Shown: positions 1 to 9,540 of the stretch, one piece after another
How the letters are laid out: the number at the start of each line of letters is the position of its first letter
Position numbering within the stretch: position 1 is the stretch's first letter
Source: Candidatus Borrarchaeum weybense
GTDB taxonomy: Archaea > Asgardarchaeota > Sifarchaeia > Borrarchaeales > Borrarchaeaceae
Assembly: GCA_019057385.1 (NCBI GenBank)
Contig: JAHQJS010000004.1
Coordinates: 820,627 to 884,626, forward strand
DNA: 64,000 nt
Direction: 5' to 3'
The notes under the pieces: model-generated
What the model was told of the DNA's origin: nothing
The model's database searches: none
What the model saw: the letters and a program-made list of their open reading frames with translations, nothing else
Made by a program: the position numbers and the translations under genes

Positions 1-1345
1 TCTTTACATTCAGTCTTATTGTTGTCGTAGTGTTACTGATGATCGATGCCTCACTTTCTTTTGTTATAACAAGCAAGGACGCATTTTCTCTTGTTGAGAC
101 TAAAATTTCATTTGAATATATCCTTTCTTCTGTCTGATCGTTGCTTTTATTTGTGCTTGCATAAGTAATTTGATCTGGTTTTATTAGAGTATCTATTCTT
201 TGTTTTGAAAGTTTAAGAATATAAGAATATGTAACATTGTCTCCAGGCAATATTTTCTTCCAAGATTGCTCTGATGTAAAATTAGAATGAAGTTTTACTC
301 CCTCTGGAATCTTGATGTCAATTTCGACATCATAAGCTGTATCTATCCCAACATTTTCTATCACTGTTTCCACAATAATTTGGTCACTAGATTCTACCAA
401 ATATTGATTGACAGTCTTTGTTGCTCTGAGAATTGGAAACTTCTTCATTGTATAATTAGCTTTTAGATACGAGATTGATTTAATTTTTTCAGGAAAAGAA
501 AAACTATAGATGTTTTCAGTTTTCGTACCTGGATATTTTGGAAGAATTTCATCTTCAACTATTTTACCTGGAAAGAAAATAGAGATGGTTGATTTGTCCG
601 ACTGTTCATATCTGTAAATCTGATCATCTAGTTGCATTACTTCTCCTAAATCGAATAAATGTTTCCCCTCAATGACTGGTATCGCTTTGGAATCTAATAA
701 CGATGTAATTTCTATAAATGATTGAAAATAAGGAGACGCATCAGATTTAGGTCGTAAGAAAAGATGTATTTGAGAAAAACGAGCTGTTTGGATCATTTCT
801 TCTGTAAATAGTGCTCCAAAAGACGTGTCTGGAAGAATCTCTTGAAACGTTTTTAGAACGGCAGAATAGTCAACGTTGGTTACATTAAAAGAGGAAAATA
901 TCAGTGTTCCACCTGATTGTTTTGTATTTCCATGAATTTCTACTTCCACACCAAATTGTTGCTCAATTAAGTAGTTAATTATTCGTGCCCTGTCTTTTGC
1001 CTCATCATCTTCTATTGATGAATAAGCAACTTCACTCCATAAACCTAATGTTGGACCTAGTCCTTCACCACCCTCTTTTCCACCTTGATTAGTTGAGAAG
1101 TAAATATGCAAATCACGCATTTTATAAAGTGACGTTATTTGAGGATCAAAACCAGAAATTGCCAATCTATTACTATCAAAGGATGCAGAAATTCTTATTG
1201 AGTCTCTATAGAGATTTACTTGAAGATTTTCATAATAATAAAACGAATCTGAGGTTGCTAAAGTCGGCTCTGGAATTACTAATGGAACAAGAAGAAGAAT
1301 ACATATTACAAAGAGAATTCTTTTTCTTATCACTATCACGTCCAT
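1..1345 (-). CDS. Secreted/surface protein with Ig-like (DUF11/BatD-like) repeats, runs off the window start
   Basis: Hand-translated open frame from ATG 1345: MDVIVIRKRILFVICILLLVPLVIPEPTLA (signal peptide). Later segment LRATKTVNQYLVESSDQIIVETVIENVGIDTAYDVEI resembles DUF11. Absent from the ORF track because it has no stop in the window. Confidence 0.75.
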   Translation of the reverse strand, partial: MDVIVIRKRILFVICILLLVPLVIPEPTLATSDSFYYYENLQVNLYRDSIRISASFDSNRLAISGFDPQITSLYKMRDLHIYFSTNQGGKEGGEGLGPTLGLWSEVAYSSIEDDEAKDRARIINYLIEQQFGVEVEIHGNTKQSGGTLIFSSFNVTNVDYSAVLKTFQEILPDTSFGALFTEEMIQTARFSQIHLFLRPKSDASPYFQSFIEITSLLDSKAIPVIEGKHLFDLGEVMQLDDQIYRYEQSDKSTISIFFPGKIVEDEILPKYPGTKTENIYSFSFPEKIKSISYLKANYTMKKFPILRATKTVNQYLVESSDQIIVETVIENVGIDTAYDVEIDIKIPEGVKLHSNFTSEQSWKKILPGDNVTYSYILKLSKQRIDTLIKPDQITYASTNKSNDQTEERIYSNEILVSTRENASLLVITKESEASIISNTTTTIRLNVK

Positions 1346-1995
1346 CAAGTAAGAATCATTACTTTGCCACAGCAACTCGTCTTAGTTATTTAAACGTTTT
1401 TCTTCTACATTTTTAACATCTTAAAGTATATACTCAACGTTTTATTAGGTGCAAATAGGATATGCGCAATGAGTTTTATTTTCATCTTTTATAAATCCAC
1501 TTTTAGCTTTTATGTACGTAAAGCTGTGAATTTTTAACTGAGTATGTTTATTATATATTCAGACTCAACAATCAACTGGTGTTATATATGATCTGTCGGA
1601 GGGTACATGAACTCCAACAATTTGGAGATTCATTTAGATTGTGAAATAATAAGAGATGGATCATGTATCATCATCTTACGCATTCTTTGGATTTTTGGTA
1701 AGCGAGGAGCGTTCAAAACCTCTGATGACGCTGGTAAACAAAACCGCTGTAAGAAATTTTAGAGACTTTTGTCTAGTCTTTCCACATCTAAAGGAGGCTC
1801 TTAAACTTGGCTAAAAAAAACAGCACAAAGAGAAATCGTAAAAGAGTTGGATTCCATGATTTCGTGGCAGAAATGTTAGACGGTAGTTTTATAGAGTCTG
1901 AGAAGGAAGAGGATAACTAAAAATTCCCTTCTTCTTTTTATTTAATCTTTAGTTTTCTTAGTCGCATATTTCATATATACCAAAACTGTTGCTGC

Positions 1996-2907
1996 TTAAA
2001 ACATACACATTTCTTTATACGCGCTATATCGCTGCTCTATTTCCTCCAGAGTAAGATCTAATAATTTCTTTACACTGAATTCTTCCACTACAAAACTGCC
2101 AATTATATGTCCGTACGCCATCGCCTCTTTTATCTTATTAATAGAAATACTTTTTTCGTTCTTAGTACTCCGTGCAATATGTCCTAAAAAGCCTCCAGCA
2201 AAAGCGTCGCCGGCTCCTGTTGGATCTACAATCTCCTCTAAGGGATAACCTGATGAGGGAAATATTCCATCTTTTGATACCAGTAATGCCCCATGTTCTC
2301 CTTTTTTAATAATAACATGTTTTGTGTTTGTTCCCCATTCCAAAAGGGTTTTACCGCCCTTTAACAGATTAGGAGTGCCACACAACAATCTTGTTTCTTC
2401 ATCATTCAAAATAACAACATCAACTTTAGACATCACTTCGAGGGTTTCATCCTTCATGGTTTCAATCCATAACTCAATGGTATCACAGGCTGTAAGTCTC
2501 GGCGATTTTATTTTCTTCAACAATTCTAAATTCTGAGTGGGTTCATTTGTTCCTAAATAGACAAACTCAGCGTCCTTATATGCTTCTGGTAGTGAGGGGG
2601 TGAAATCTTCCATAACTCCAAGGTGTGTTTTTGTATTATAACGTTTGCAAAGACTGTAATCATAGGTCGATTCAAACCGAAACGTCTTACCTTCCTCTAT
2701 TTTCAAACCGCGAAGATCTAAACGCTCGTCTAAAATATCATAATAATCCTTTGGGAAATCTGTCCCAATAACTCCAACAATCCCTGTCTCCTCAAAAAGA
2801 CTAGAAGCGAGAGAAAAATTCACTATAGCTCCACCTAACACCTCTTGAACTGTATCGAATGGCGTTGTGGTCGTATCCAGTGCTAGCGATCCAATTCCAA
2901 CTATCAT
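1996..2907 (-). CDS. PfkB-family carbohydrate/nucleoside kinase
   Basis: N-terminal GG motif, KKGEHGA, and PfkB signature VDPTGAGDAFAGG. Confidence 0.9.
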   Translation of the reverse strand: MIVGIGSLALDTTTTPFDTVQEVLGGAIVNFSLASSLFEETGIVGVIGTDFPKDYYDILDERLDLRGLKIEEGKTFRFESTYDYSLCKRYNTKTHLGVMEDFTPSLPEAYKDAEFVYLGTNEPTQNLELLKKIKSPRLTACDTIELWIETMKDETLEVMSKVDVVILNDEETRLLCGTPNLLKGGKTLLEWGTNTKHVIIKKGEHGALLVSKDGIFPSSGYPLEEIVDPTGAGDAFAGGFLGHIARSTKNEKSISINKIKEAMAYGHIIGSFVVEEFSVKKLLDLTLEEIEQRYSAYKEMCMF

Positions 2908-3041
2908 CTTATACTACCAAAGAATGCTACCTGTAAAAAGGTGGGGAATACGAGAATAAACTATCCTATATATATACCTTTTTTTGTATGTATTTTAAAG
3001 GACGTTTTATTTTAAATTAATTAAAAGTGATCTTATATTTT

Positions 3042-3875
3042 TCAGAAACAGAACTCACACGGGATATTAAAATCTGATTGAAATCTAAGAAGCGTTTTCT
3101 TAATATTTGTGAAATAATTATTGTTTTTTTGCTTATCAAAGAGTAAATCGCTCACCTGGCTTAATTTCTCCGGAAAATTTTCTCTTAAGGTATCTCTGAT
3201 AAGAGGCCAGTTTCCTGCCTTTATATTGAGTTTATCGATCGAGAGACGATCGATGACCCCCTCGCTAAATACATCTAATAATTGACTTAATGATTGTTCG
3301 GTTAGAACTGGAATAATTGGACCCAGAAAAACATAAGTTGCAATGCCTTGATCGTGTAGTTTCCGTAATGTAGAAATTCTTTGTTCTATTGGTGATGCTT
3401 CTGGCTCAAAAACCTCTCTTATCTTATCATTATAAGTGGTAATCGTGAAACCTACTTCGCACTCACTAAATTGACTTAAGAGATCGATATCTCGTGTAAC
3501 TAATGCAGATTTTGTTAAAATTGAAATTGTTCGATCATATCTCAATAAACGTTGTAGACATTTTCTTGTGAGTTCATATTTTTCCTCAACGGGCTGATAG
3601 GGATCTGTCACACTACTCAACAATATAAGCCCTTTTCCTTTTTTACGGGCGAGTTCCCCAGAAAGAAGATTCGCAATATTGGTTTTTATATCTACAAATT
3701 CGCCCCAAGGCTCTTTATGCTTCGTATATCGTTTCATAAACCGAGCATAACAGTACTTACAACCGTGAGTGCACCCAATGTAAGGATTGATCACATAATC
3801 AACATCATAGATCCGACTCTTTACCAAAGCTGACTTTACAATAATCTCTTGAATTAGCGACATTAGAAAACCCAT
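3042..3875 (-). CDS. Radical SAM protein, spore-photoproduct-lyase (SPL)-like family
   Basis: NPYIGCTHGCKYCYA (CxxxCxxC), SSVTDPYQP, ILTKS. Confidence 0.85.
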   Translation of the reverse strand: MGFLMSLIQEIIVKSALVKSRIYDVDYVINPYIGCTHGCKYCYARFMKRYTKHKEPWGEFVDIKTNIANLLSGELARKKGKGLILLSSVTDPYQPVEEKYELTRKCLQRLLRYDRTISILTKSALVTRDIDLLSQFSECEVGFTITTYNDKIREVFEPEASPIEQRISTLRKLHDQGIATYVFLGPIIPVLTEQSLSQLLDVFSEGVIDRLSIDKLNIKAGNWPLIRDTLRENFPEKLSQVSDLLFDKQKNNNYFTNIKKTLLRFQSDFNIPCEFCF

Positions 3876-4143
3876 AAAAATTGATTTAACTTCAATTTAA
3901 CATGTTAAAGAAAGTTATAAGAAAATATAACTGTTTTTCTGTAAGCAACCGATAGTTTTTCAAGGACAAAAACAAAATTTTTTGCGCCTAAATAAACTTG
4001 TCAAACACTTGAGAATCAAAAAGATATTTTGGCATAAGAAATGCATCGGTGTTGTTTGAGGTCCATTCTTATTTATCAAAATATCTAAAATATAGCTAAA
4101 TTTAAATAACCATATATCAAGTATAAAACTAAAAAATATATTC

Positions 4144-4770
4144 GTGTCAAGGTACTTTCTGCATCCAGTGATGACGATGACTTCCCGTAAGCAAACTATC
4201 AACAATACAACAAATCTAACACGCGTCATCATGCAAATGAAACATAAATTCGATATAATCTTAGAAGTGATTGCCACTGGAAAACCATTGATTGTATGTA
4301 CCGAATCTCGTAAAGATACTGAGCTATATGTACACACTCTAGCAAAACTTCGACCTGGAGTAAGTATTATCCCTTGGACGGAGGATGAGAATACTATCTT
4401 TTCCTTACAAGATAGAAATAATATAGTTGCAGGAGTTCCAATACAATATTTGATGAAACTTTCTGAAGAAGAAAATCTTACAATCATAAATTTAGTTTTT
4501 CTACGAATACATAGCAAGGTGCTCACTACTAAGAAATGGAAAGATATCGCAAAATACGCAAATAAAAACATCAAAGACCTAGGCGATGAAAGAATTTATA
4601 CTTACATTCAATCCCAGATGGAACCCCCTGCAGACGTAATTCAACCCCAGATGGTACCCACTGCAGACATTAAATGTTCAAAGTGTGGTGGCCCAATAAA
4701 AGTCCGCAAAATTTCGTTAGATAAAGTACAATTGAGTTGTGAGAACTGTGGTTCAATATGGGTAGAGTGA
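4144..4770 (+). CDS. DENN-core-like domain with C-terminal Zn ribbon; paralog of the C-half of 6376..7200
   Basis: Aligns by eye to 6376..7200 (KFDIILEVIATGKPLIVC vs KFEILLEVIASGKPLFIC). C-terminal CSKC..CENC. Start uncertain. Confidence 0.7.
   Translation: MSRYFLHPVMTMTSRKQTINNTTNLTRVIMQMKHKFDIILEVIATGKPLIVCTESRKDTELYVHTLAKLRPGVSIIPWTEDENTIFSLQDRNNIVAGVPIQYLMKLSEEENLTIINLVFLRIHSKVLTTKKWKDIAKYANKNIKDLGDERIYTYIQSQMEPPADVIQPQMVPTADIKCSKCGGPIKVRKISLDKVQLSCENCGSIWVE
4606..4671 (+). repeat. 33-bp imperfect in-frame tandem duplication (IQSQMEPPADV / IQPQMVPTADI)
   Basis: attcaatcccagatggaaccccctgcagacgta followed by attcaaccccagatggtacccactgcagacatt. Confidence 0.85.
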
Positions 4771-4891
4771 AGAGAAAAGAAGAACTGCTACTACCTCACT
4801 GTTTTTAAATGTCAATATTTTATAATTCTACGGAAAAATACTATCCACAAAAGACTCGACAACGGGCATTCCTGATTTGGTGTGCTAAATT

Positions 4892-6250
4892 ATGCCTCGA
4901 CAAAACCCACAAAAGATAGTTAAAAGGTTTCAAAAGAAGGTTCCTTGGTTATCCGAAGTGGTTAATACTGCTGAAATAGCATCTGATCTTAATATAGCTG
5001 ATTTTCGAGTAACAGCTACTTCTTCAAGCAGATGCAGTATTTGCAAAGGAGGAAAAATGCTTTGTGGCAAAATAAGATGTCCACTTCTTGCTAGAATTCG
5101 TTCCTATCTGAAAATAAAACCACTTTATGATCAAGAGGTCTTAGAAGGGGCTTCACCTCCTGGGGTCTTTGTTGGGAGAATAGGATATCCTTATGTATAT
5201 GCAGGTCCACTTGTTCCTCCTATTCAGGGTGACACCAGTCTTTTAGATGTGCCAGAACTTTGGTTTGGCAAATCAATAGAAGATATAGTTGATATGCGAT
5301 TCAAGCTGGTGCGAGGGAAGTATCGTGTGAATGTCAAGAAGCCTGATGAAGGAGGACGAATTTTAGATGATACACGGCTTTTAGGACTTGCTGGACGTTC
5401 TGTAGACATTGATCTGTCCTTAAAAACAAAACCTAGTTCCACTTTTACATTAAGTTCTGAAGTACAGCCTATGGGTCCTTCTGCATTAATTAACAATTTA
5501 GAAGTTGAAGGAAACATTAAAACTGAACGTCATCTTGAGAAAGCCTATAATGATACCGATCTTAAGGCGGCAAATGCTGTTGTTGATCTTTACAACAGCG
5601 ACGTAAGAGTCTCATCGATCCAGAAGGCTTTTTCTGTTGGATCATTCGGTCTGGAAGGTCAAAGGAAGTTGGTGCCAACTCGATGGAGTATAACGGCGGT
5701 CGACTCAATCCTGTCAAAGGAACTTATGAAGGACGTAAAGCGAAATCCAACTATTAATGAATTTCGTGTCTATGAATCTAATTATCTTGATAACTGTTTT
5801 CAAATTCTATTTCTTCCTGAGAACTGGAGATACGAGACCATGGAAGCGTGGTACCCAGGCACAATTTGGAATCCTGCAGATCAGAATATACATATGTTTA
5901 GCGACCATGAAGGTTATCATGGGCGTACCACTTATGCAAAAATTGGTGGATGTTATTACGCAGCTAGACTGGCAGTTAATGAACTTCTTGAGAAGGAAAG
6001 ACGCCAGGCAAGTGTTATTATACTTAGAGAAATTCGACCGGGCTATATTATGCCTGTAGGCGTGTGGAATGTCAGAGAAAACGTCAGAAACGCTTTGAAA
6101 CAAAAACCTCTAAAATTCGAAACTCTAAAAGAGGCATTAGATCATGTGCGAGCTCGGTTACACATCGATCTCGATGTTTGGATAAATAATAGCCAACTTT
6201 TGAAGGATGTACTAGTCCAGAAGAAAATTTCGGATTTCTTTCCTACTTGA
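4892..6250 (+). CDS. nreA: Archaeal DNA repair protein Nre (PCNA-interacting)
   Basis: CxxCKG..LCG...CP Zn motif, SPPGVFVGRIGYP, LVPTRWSITAVD, GGCYYAARL, C-terminal PIP box QKKISDFF. Confidence 0.92.
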   Translation: MPRQNPQKIVKRFQKKVPWLSEVVNTAEIASDLNIADFRVTATSSSRCSICKGGKMLCGKIRCPLLARIRSYLKIKPLYDQEVLEGASPPGVFVGRIGYPYVYAGPLVPPIQGDTSLLDVPELWFGKSIEDIVDMRFKLVRGKYRVNVKKPDEGGRILDDTRLLGLAGRSVDIDLSLKTKPSSTFTLSSEVQPMGPSALINNLEVEGNIKTERHLEKAYNDTDLKAANAVVDLYNSDVRVSSIQKAFSVGSFGLEGQRKLVPTRWSITAVDSILSKELMKDVKRNPTINEFRVYESNYLDNCFQILFLPENWRYETMEAWYPGTIWNPADQNIHMFSDHEGYHGRTTYAKIGGCYYAARLAVNELLEKERRQASVIILREIRPGYIMPVGVWNVRENVRNALKQKPLKFETLKEALDHVRARLHIDLDVWINNSQLLKDVLVQKKISDFFPT

Positions 6251-6375
6251 GATTTATGTCTAGTTGAATGGAATATAATCATTAATGAAAAGAAATACAG
6301 TATACTTTTACTACAAAATTTATATCTCATTCTTTCAATTTTCTATTTTGAGATTACTGTTTAGAAGGGATACTT

Positions 6376-7200
6376 TTGCTTCATAATGTGTACATATTTA
6401 AAGCAGATGGGGTCTGTCTTTTCACAAGAAAATATGGAAGTCTAGAGACTGATGAAGCAATTGTGACGGGCTTCTTAAGTGCGATTTCAAATTTTGGAGA
6501 GCAAATTGGAACGACTTCACTTCAAAGGCTTGATTTCGGTAATTATCGCATAATTCTTGTTAATACAGGAGAGAATTTAATAACAGCAGGTGTTATTGAC
6601 AAGGATGATGACGTTTTTGTCATGGAACATGGCTTGAAGCGATTAACTTTAGATTTTAAGAGTCACTATGAAAATATCAAAGATAGTGCAATCAGCAATA
6701 CTCTTTTTGAATCCTATACTGAAAATGCAGACAAGATTTTACAATTTATTTCTGATTCAAATAAAGAAATTAAAAAATTAAGGAATCTATCAAAGGTCAT
6801 TAAACAAATGAAAAGTAAATTCGAGATACTACTAGAAGTTATTGCCTCAGGCAAACCTCTATTTATTTGTTCAGAAAGTCGCGAAATAACGGAACTTTAC
6901 TGTCATAGTTTGGCAGCCCTCCGCCCTGATATTGAACTCATTCCTTGGATCGACAATGAGAATGCAGTATATATATTAAAACATCACAAAAACGTAATCG
7001 TTGGAATACCGTTACAGTATTTGATGAAACTTGCTGAAGATAAAGAAGTCACCATTGCTAACCTAACCCACTTTCGTATTCATGGCGCTGTGAAACCTTC
7101 AAAAAAATGGAAAGAAGTTGCAAAATATGCAACTAAACAAATCGAAGAATTAGGCGATGAGGGAATAACAAAATATATTCAGTCACGGATGGACAACTAA
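6376..7200 (+). CDS. Longin-domain protein with C-terminal DENN/folliculin-like core
   Basis: N-terminal longin pattern (VYIFKADGVCLF...GFLSAISNFG). The C-half resembles the DENN core alpha/beta pattern. Confidence 0.7.
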   Translation: MLHNVYIFKADGVCLFTRKYGSLETDEAIVTGFLSAISNFGEQIGTTSLQRLDFGNYRIILVNTGENLITAGVIDKDDDVFVMEHGLKRLTLDFKSHYENIKDSAISNTLFESYTENADKILQFISDSNKEIKKLRNLSKVIKQMKSKFEILLEVIASGKPLFICSESREITELYCHSLAALRPDIELIPWIDNENAVYILKHHKNVIVGIPLQYLMKLAEDKEVTIANLTHFRIHGAVKPSKKWKEVAKYATKQIEELGDEGITKYIQSRMDN

Positions 7201-7463
7201 TAGTGGTTTCGTTACTCTAAATGCTCTCGTGCGGAAAAGAATTACAGGCCTTTTTTAACCTAATTGTCACTTAATTAATCATCCTTTGCGCAGAGAGGAA
7301 TTTGCGATATTTAAATGACATCAGGTAAAGAGTTTTGTCACAAAACAAATAAATATAAGGAAACCATGCGAATATCGCATAAGTACAGTTTTAATTCATT
7401 GAAAAACTCACAGAAATCATGATAACATGGGAACTATGCTAAGTTGATAAGAGGTGAACTATA

Positions 7464-7706
7464 ATGGAAGAATCTACTCATGATGATGACCTTGTAAAAC
7501 AGTTGAAAGAACTTCAAAACATTATAAACGACTTCGTTGAAGACAAATGTGAACGCAATGAAGTCTTCAAAAAAATTATGTTGGTCTATAAATTCATGCA
7601 AAAGGACATAGCTTCTACCATGGGTGCTATTGCAAGCCCTTGTGGTGGATGTGGCAAGAATATACCCACAAAGACAAAAGAAGCGGAAAAGAGCATCTAT
7701 AGTTAA
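7464..7706 (+). CDS. Small hypothetical protein with CxxC
   Basis: 80 aa, AGGTGA SD 6 nt upstream, PCGGCG motif. Confidence 0.65.
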   Translation: MEESTHDDDLVKQLKELQNIINDFVEDKCERNEVFKKIMLVYKFMQKDIASTMGAIASPCGGCGKNIPTKTKEAEKSIYS

Positions 7707-7860
7707 GGAAAAAAATATACAATCATATTCTAAAATATTTTCTAATTTTCCTCTTTCATTCTTGATACAAGCTTTAATTATTGTTGCGCGCACCCAGTCT
7801 CCTTTTAAGTTTTGATTTTCCCGAAAGTTTTAAATACTTAATGCGCCTATTTATTTTTTG

Positions 7861-7884
7861 TACGTTTTAGAAAATTAAAACGTA
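7861..7884. promoter_or_regulatory. Palindromic operator TACGTTTTA-N6-TAAAACGTA
   Basis: Perfect 9-bp inverted repeat just downstream of a TTTAAATA box, upstream of the Yip1/ABC operon. A related copy lies at 14472. Confidence 0.7.
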
Positions 7885-7931
7885 TTATATGATTAAATGA
7901 TAACGATCACACAAATTATGGAGGTTGAAAG

Positions 7932-8648
7932 ATGAGCGAAATGACAACAACAGAAAAAACCAAAGCAGTACTTCAAACAGTAGCAGAGAATCTTAAAGTT
8001 TTGTATCAACGAGCATATCGAGCATTAACTTTTGACAAAAGTGTATACAATGAAGTCAAGGATGACCCAGAAGCAACTATTCCGTCAGCGATAATGCCTT
8101 TTCTAATTGAGATCGCATTTCTTTTCATTGTGGGAATTGCAACGATTCCACTCTGGCTCATGTACGGCTCTAATGCACAAATTCAAGGAAATATTACCCC
8201 TGCACATTGGGCTGCTGGAATCGGAATCGCTATTTCAGCGTCGGTAGTATTTTTCTTAGGCACATTTCTTATATGGGTTATATCACAAGCGATCATTGCG
8301 CGATTTGCGGGAGTTAAAGAACTTCAGATAAAGCAAGTATTAAGGAGCTCAGCGTTTGCTTTTGTTCCGTTATTCTTTGCACCCTTTGTCGTTGTAGCTA
8401 CAATGTATGCTGCAGTGGCGGGAGCTGAAATTGGAGCAGCTGCAATCTTCTTGATCGGTGGCGGAATTATTTTCATTCTTGTCGTGATCAATAATATCCT
8501 AGCATTCAGAGAAATAACCGGTGTTACCACTGGAGTCTCAATTATGTCGAATACATTTGCCTTTGTATTAGCTAGCATTCTAGGTATCCTGATGACTGTT
8601 GCCTATGGGTTTTCATTAGCAGGTATCGCTTGGCTTGTTTTGGCTTAG
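7932..8648 (+). CDS. Yip1-family-like membrane protein
   Basis: RALTFDKSVYNEVKDDPEAT N-terminus plus about five TM helices; paralog of 46553..47239. Confidence 0.7.
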   Translation: MSEMTTTEKTKAVLQTVAENLKVLYQRAYRALTFDKSVYNEVKDDPEATIPSAIMPFLIEIAFLFIVGIATIPLWLMYGSNAQIQGNITPAHWAAGIGIAISASVVFFLGTFLIWVISQAIIARFAGVKELQIKQVLRSSAFAFVPLFFAPFVVVATMYAAVAGAEIGAAAIFLIGGGIIFILVVINNILAFREITGVTTGVSIMSNTFAFVLASILGILMTVAYGFSLAGIAWLVLA

Positions 8649-8657
8649 ATTGTTGCA

Positions 8658-9515
8658 GTGAATTTGACAAACAATTCTTCCCCATTTTTTTTCAATTTTT
8701 TTTCTGAAGTAACGAATTTAATGTATGGAGGCATAAAATTGGCTGAAAAGGATGATATAGTAGTAGAGGCAGTCAATTTAAACAAAGAATATTATTTAGG
8801 AGAAATAACAGTTCCCGCTTTGAGAGAAATCAACATGAAGGTGAAAAAGGGAGAATTCATCGTTATCATGGGACCTTCAGGAAGTGGGAAATCAACGTTA
8901 CTAAACATAATAGGTGGTCTAGATAATCCTACCTCAGGAAAAGTCTACATTAATGGGCAGGACATTTCAGAAATGTCGGATGGAACCTTAACTGAACTGA
9001 GAGCGCAGGAGATTGGTTTTATCTTTCAATTTTATAATCTTGTTCCCGTACTGAGTGCGTTTGAAAATGTGGAATTACCAATGATGGTAAATGGGATTTC
9101 AGAAAAACAAGGAAAGAAACGGGCTAAAGAACTTTTAGAAATGGTTGGGCTCGCTGATCGAATGCATCACCGACCAGATGAACTCAGCGGTGGACAACGA
9201 CAGCGGGTGTCCATTGCACGCGCACTTGCGAACAAACCATCAATTGTAGTGGCAGATGAACCTACAGGTGATGTCGATACACGCACCGGTGATGAGATTT
9301 TGGAATTGATGCATGACTTAAACAAAAACATGGGCGTGACATTCATTGTTATCACTCACGATCCCAACATTGCAGAACATTGTGATAGACTCATTCGAAT
9401 AGTTGATGGGCAAATTGCATCAGATAAGCCGACAGTGCATGAAATACTATCCATTACCAATGAGGAACTGAGAGCCTACAAAGGTTTCACCGGGTATATC
9501 AGTGATTCTAGATGA
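8658..9515 (+). CDS. ABC transporter ATP-binding protein (LolD/MacB-like); real start probably TTG 8739
   Basis: [27 protein letters not shown]. Confidence 0.95.
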   Translation: MNLTNNSSPFFFNFFSEVTNLMYGGIKLAEKDDIVVEAVNLNKEYYLGEITVPALREINMKVKKGEFIVIMGPSGSGKSTLLNIIGGLDNPTSGKVYINGQDISEMSDGTLTELRAQEIGFIFQFYNLVPVLSAFENVELPMMVNGISEKQGKKRAKELLEMVGLADRMHHRPDELSGGQRQRVSIARALANKPSIVVADEPTGDVDTRTGDEILELMHDLNKNMGVTFIVITHDPNIAEHCDRLIRIVDGQIASDKPTVHEILSITNEELRAYKGFTGYISDSR

Positions 9516-9540
9516 GTATACTAAATGAAGGGGGTATTTT

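Noticed and set aside
1093-1416. 107-aa plus-strand ORF
   Set aside because: Antisense shadow of the signal-peptide-bearing minus-strand gene starting at 1345
1560-1920. Possible degraded gene in the intergenic region
   Set aside because: Only short interrupted frames; no family recognisable
3960-4574. This and the other antisense or nested ORFs in the track (e.g. 9658..10239, 10620..11375, 50112..50723)
   Set aside because: They overlap well-supported genes on the opposite strand or frame and lack motifs
6310-6319. TACTACAAAA match to the predicted guide of the 32479 element
   Set aside because: Only 10 nt in AT-rich DNA and not preceded by TTAT; expected by chance
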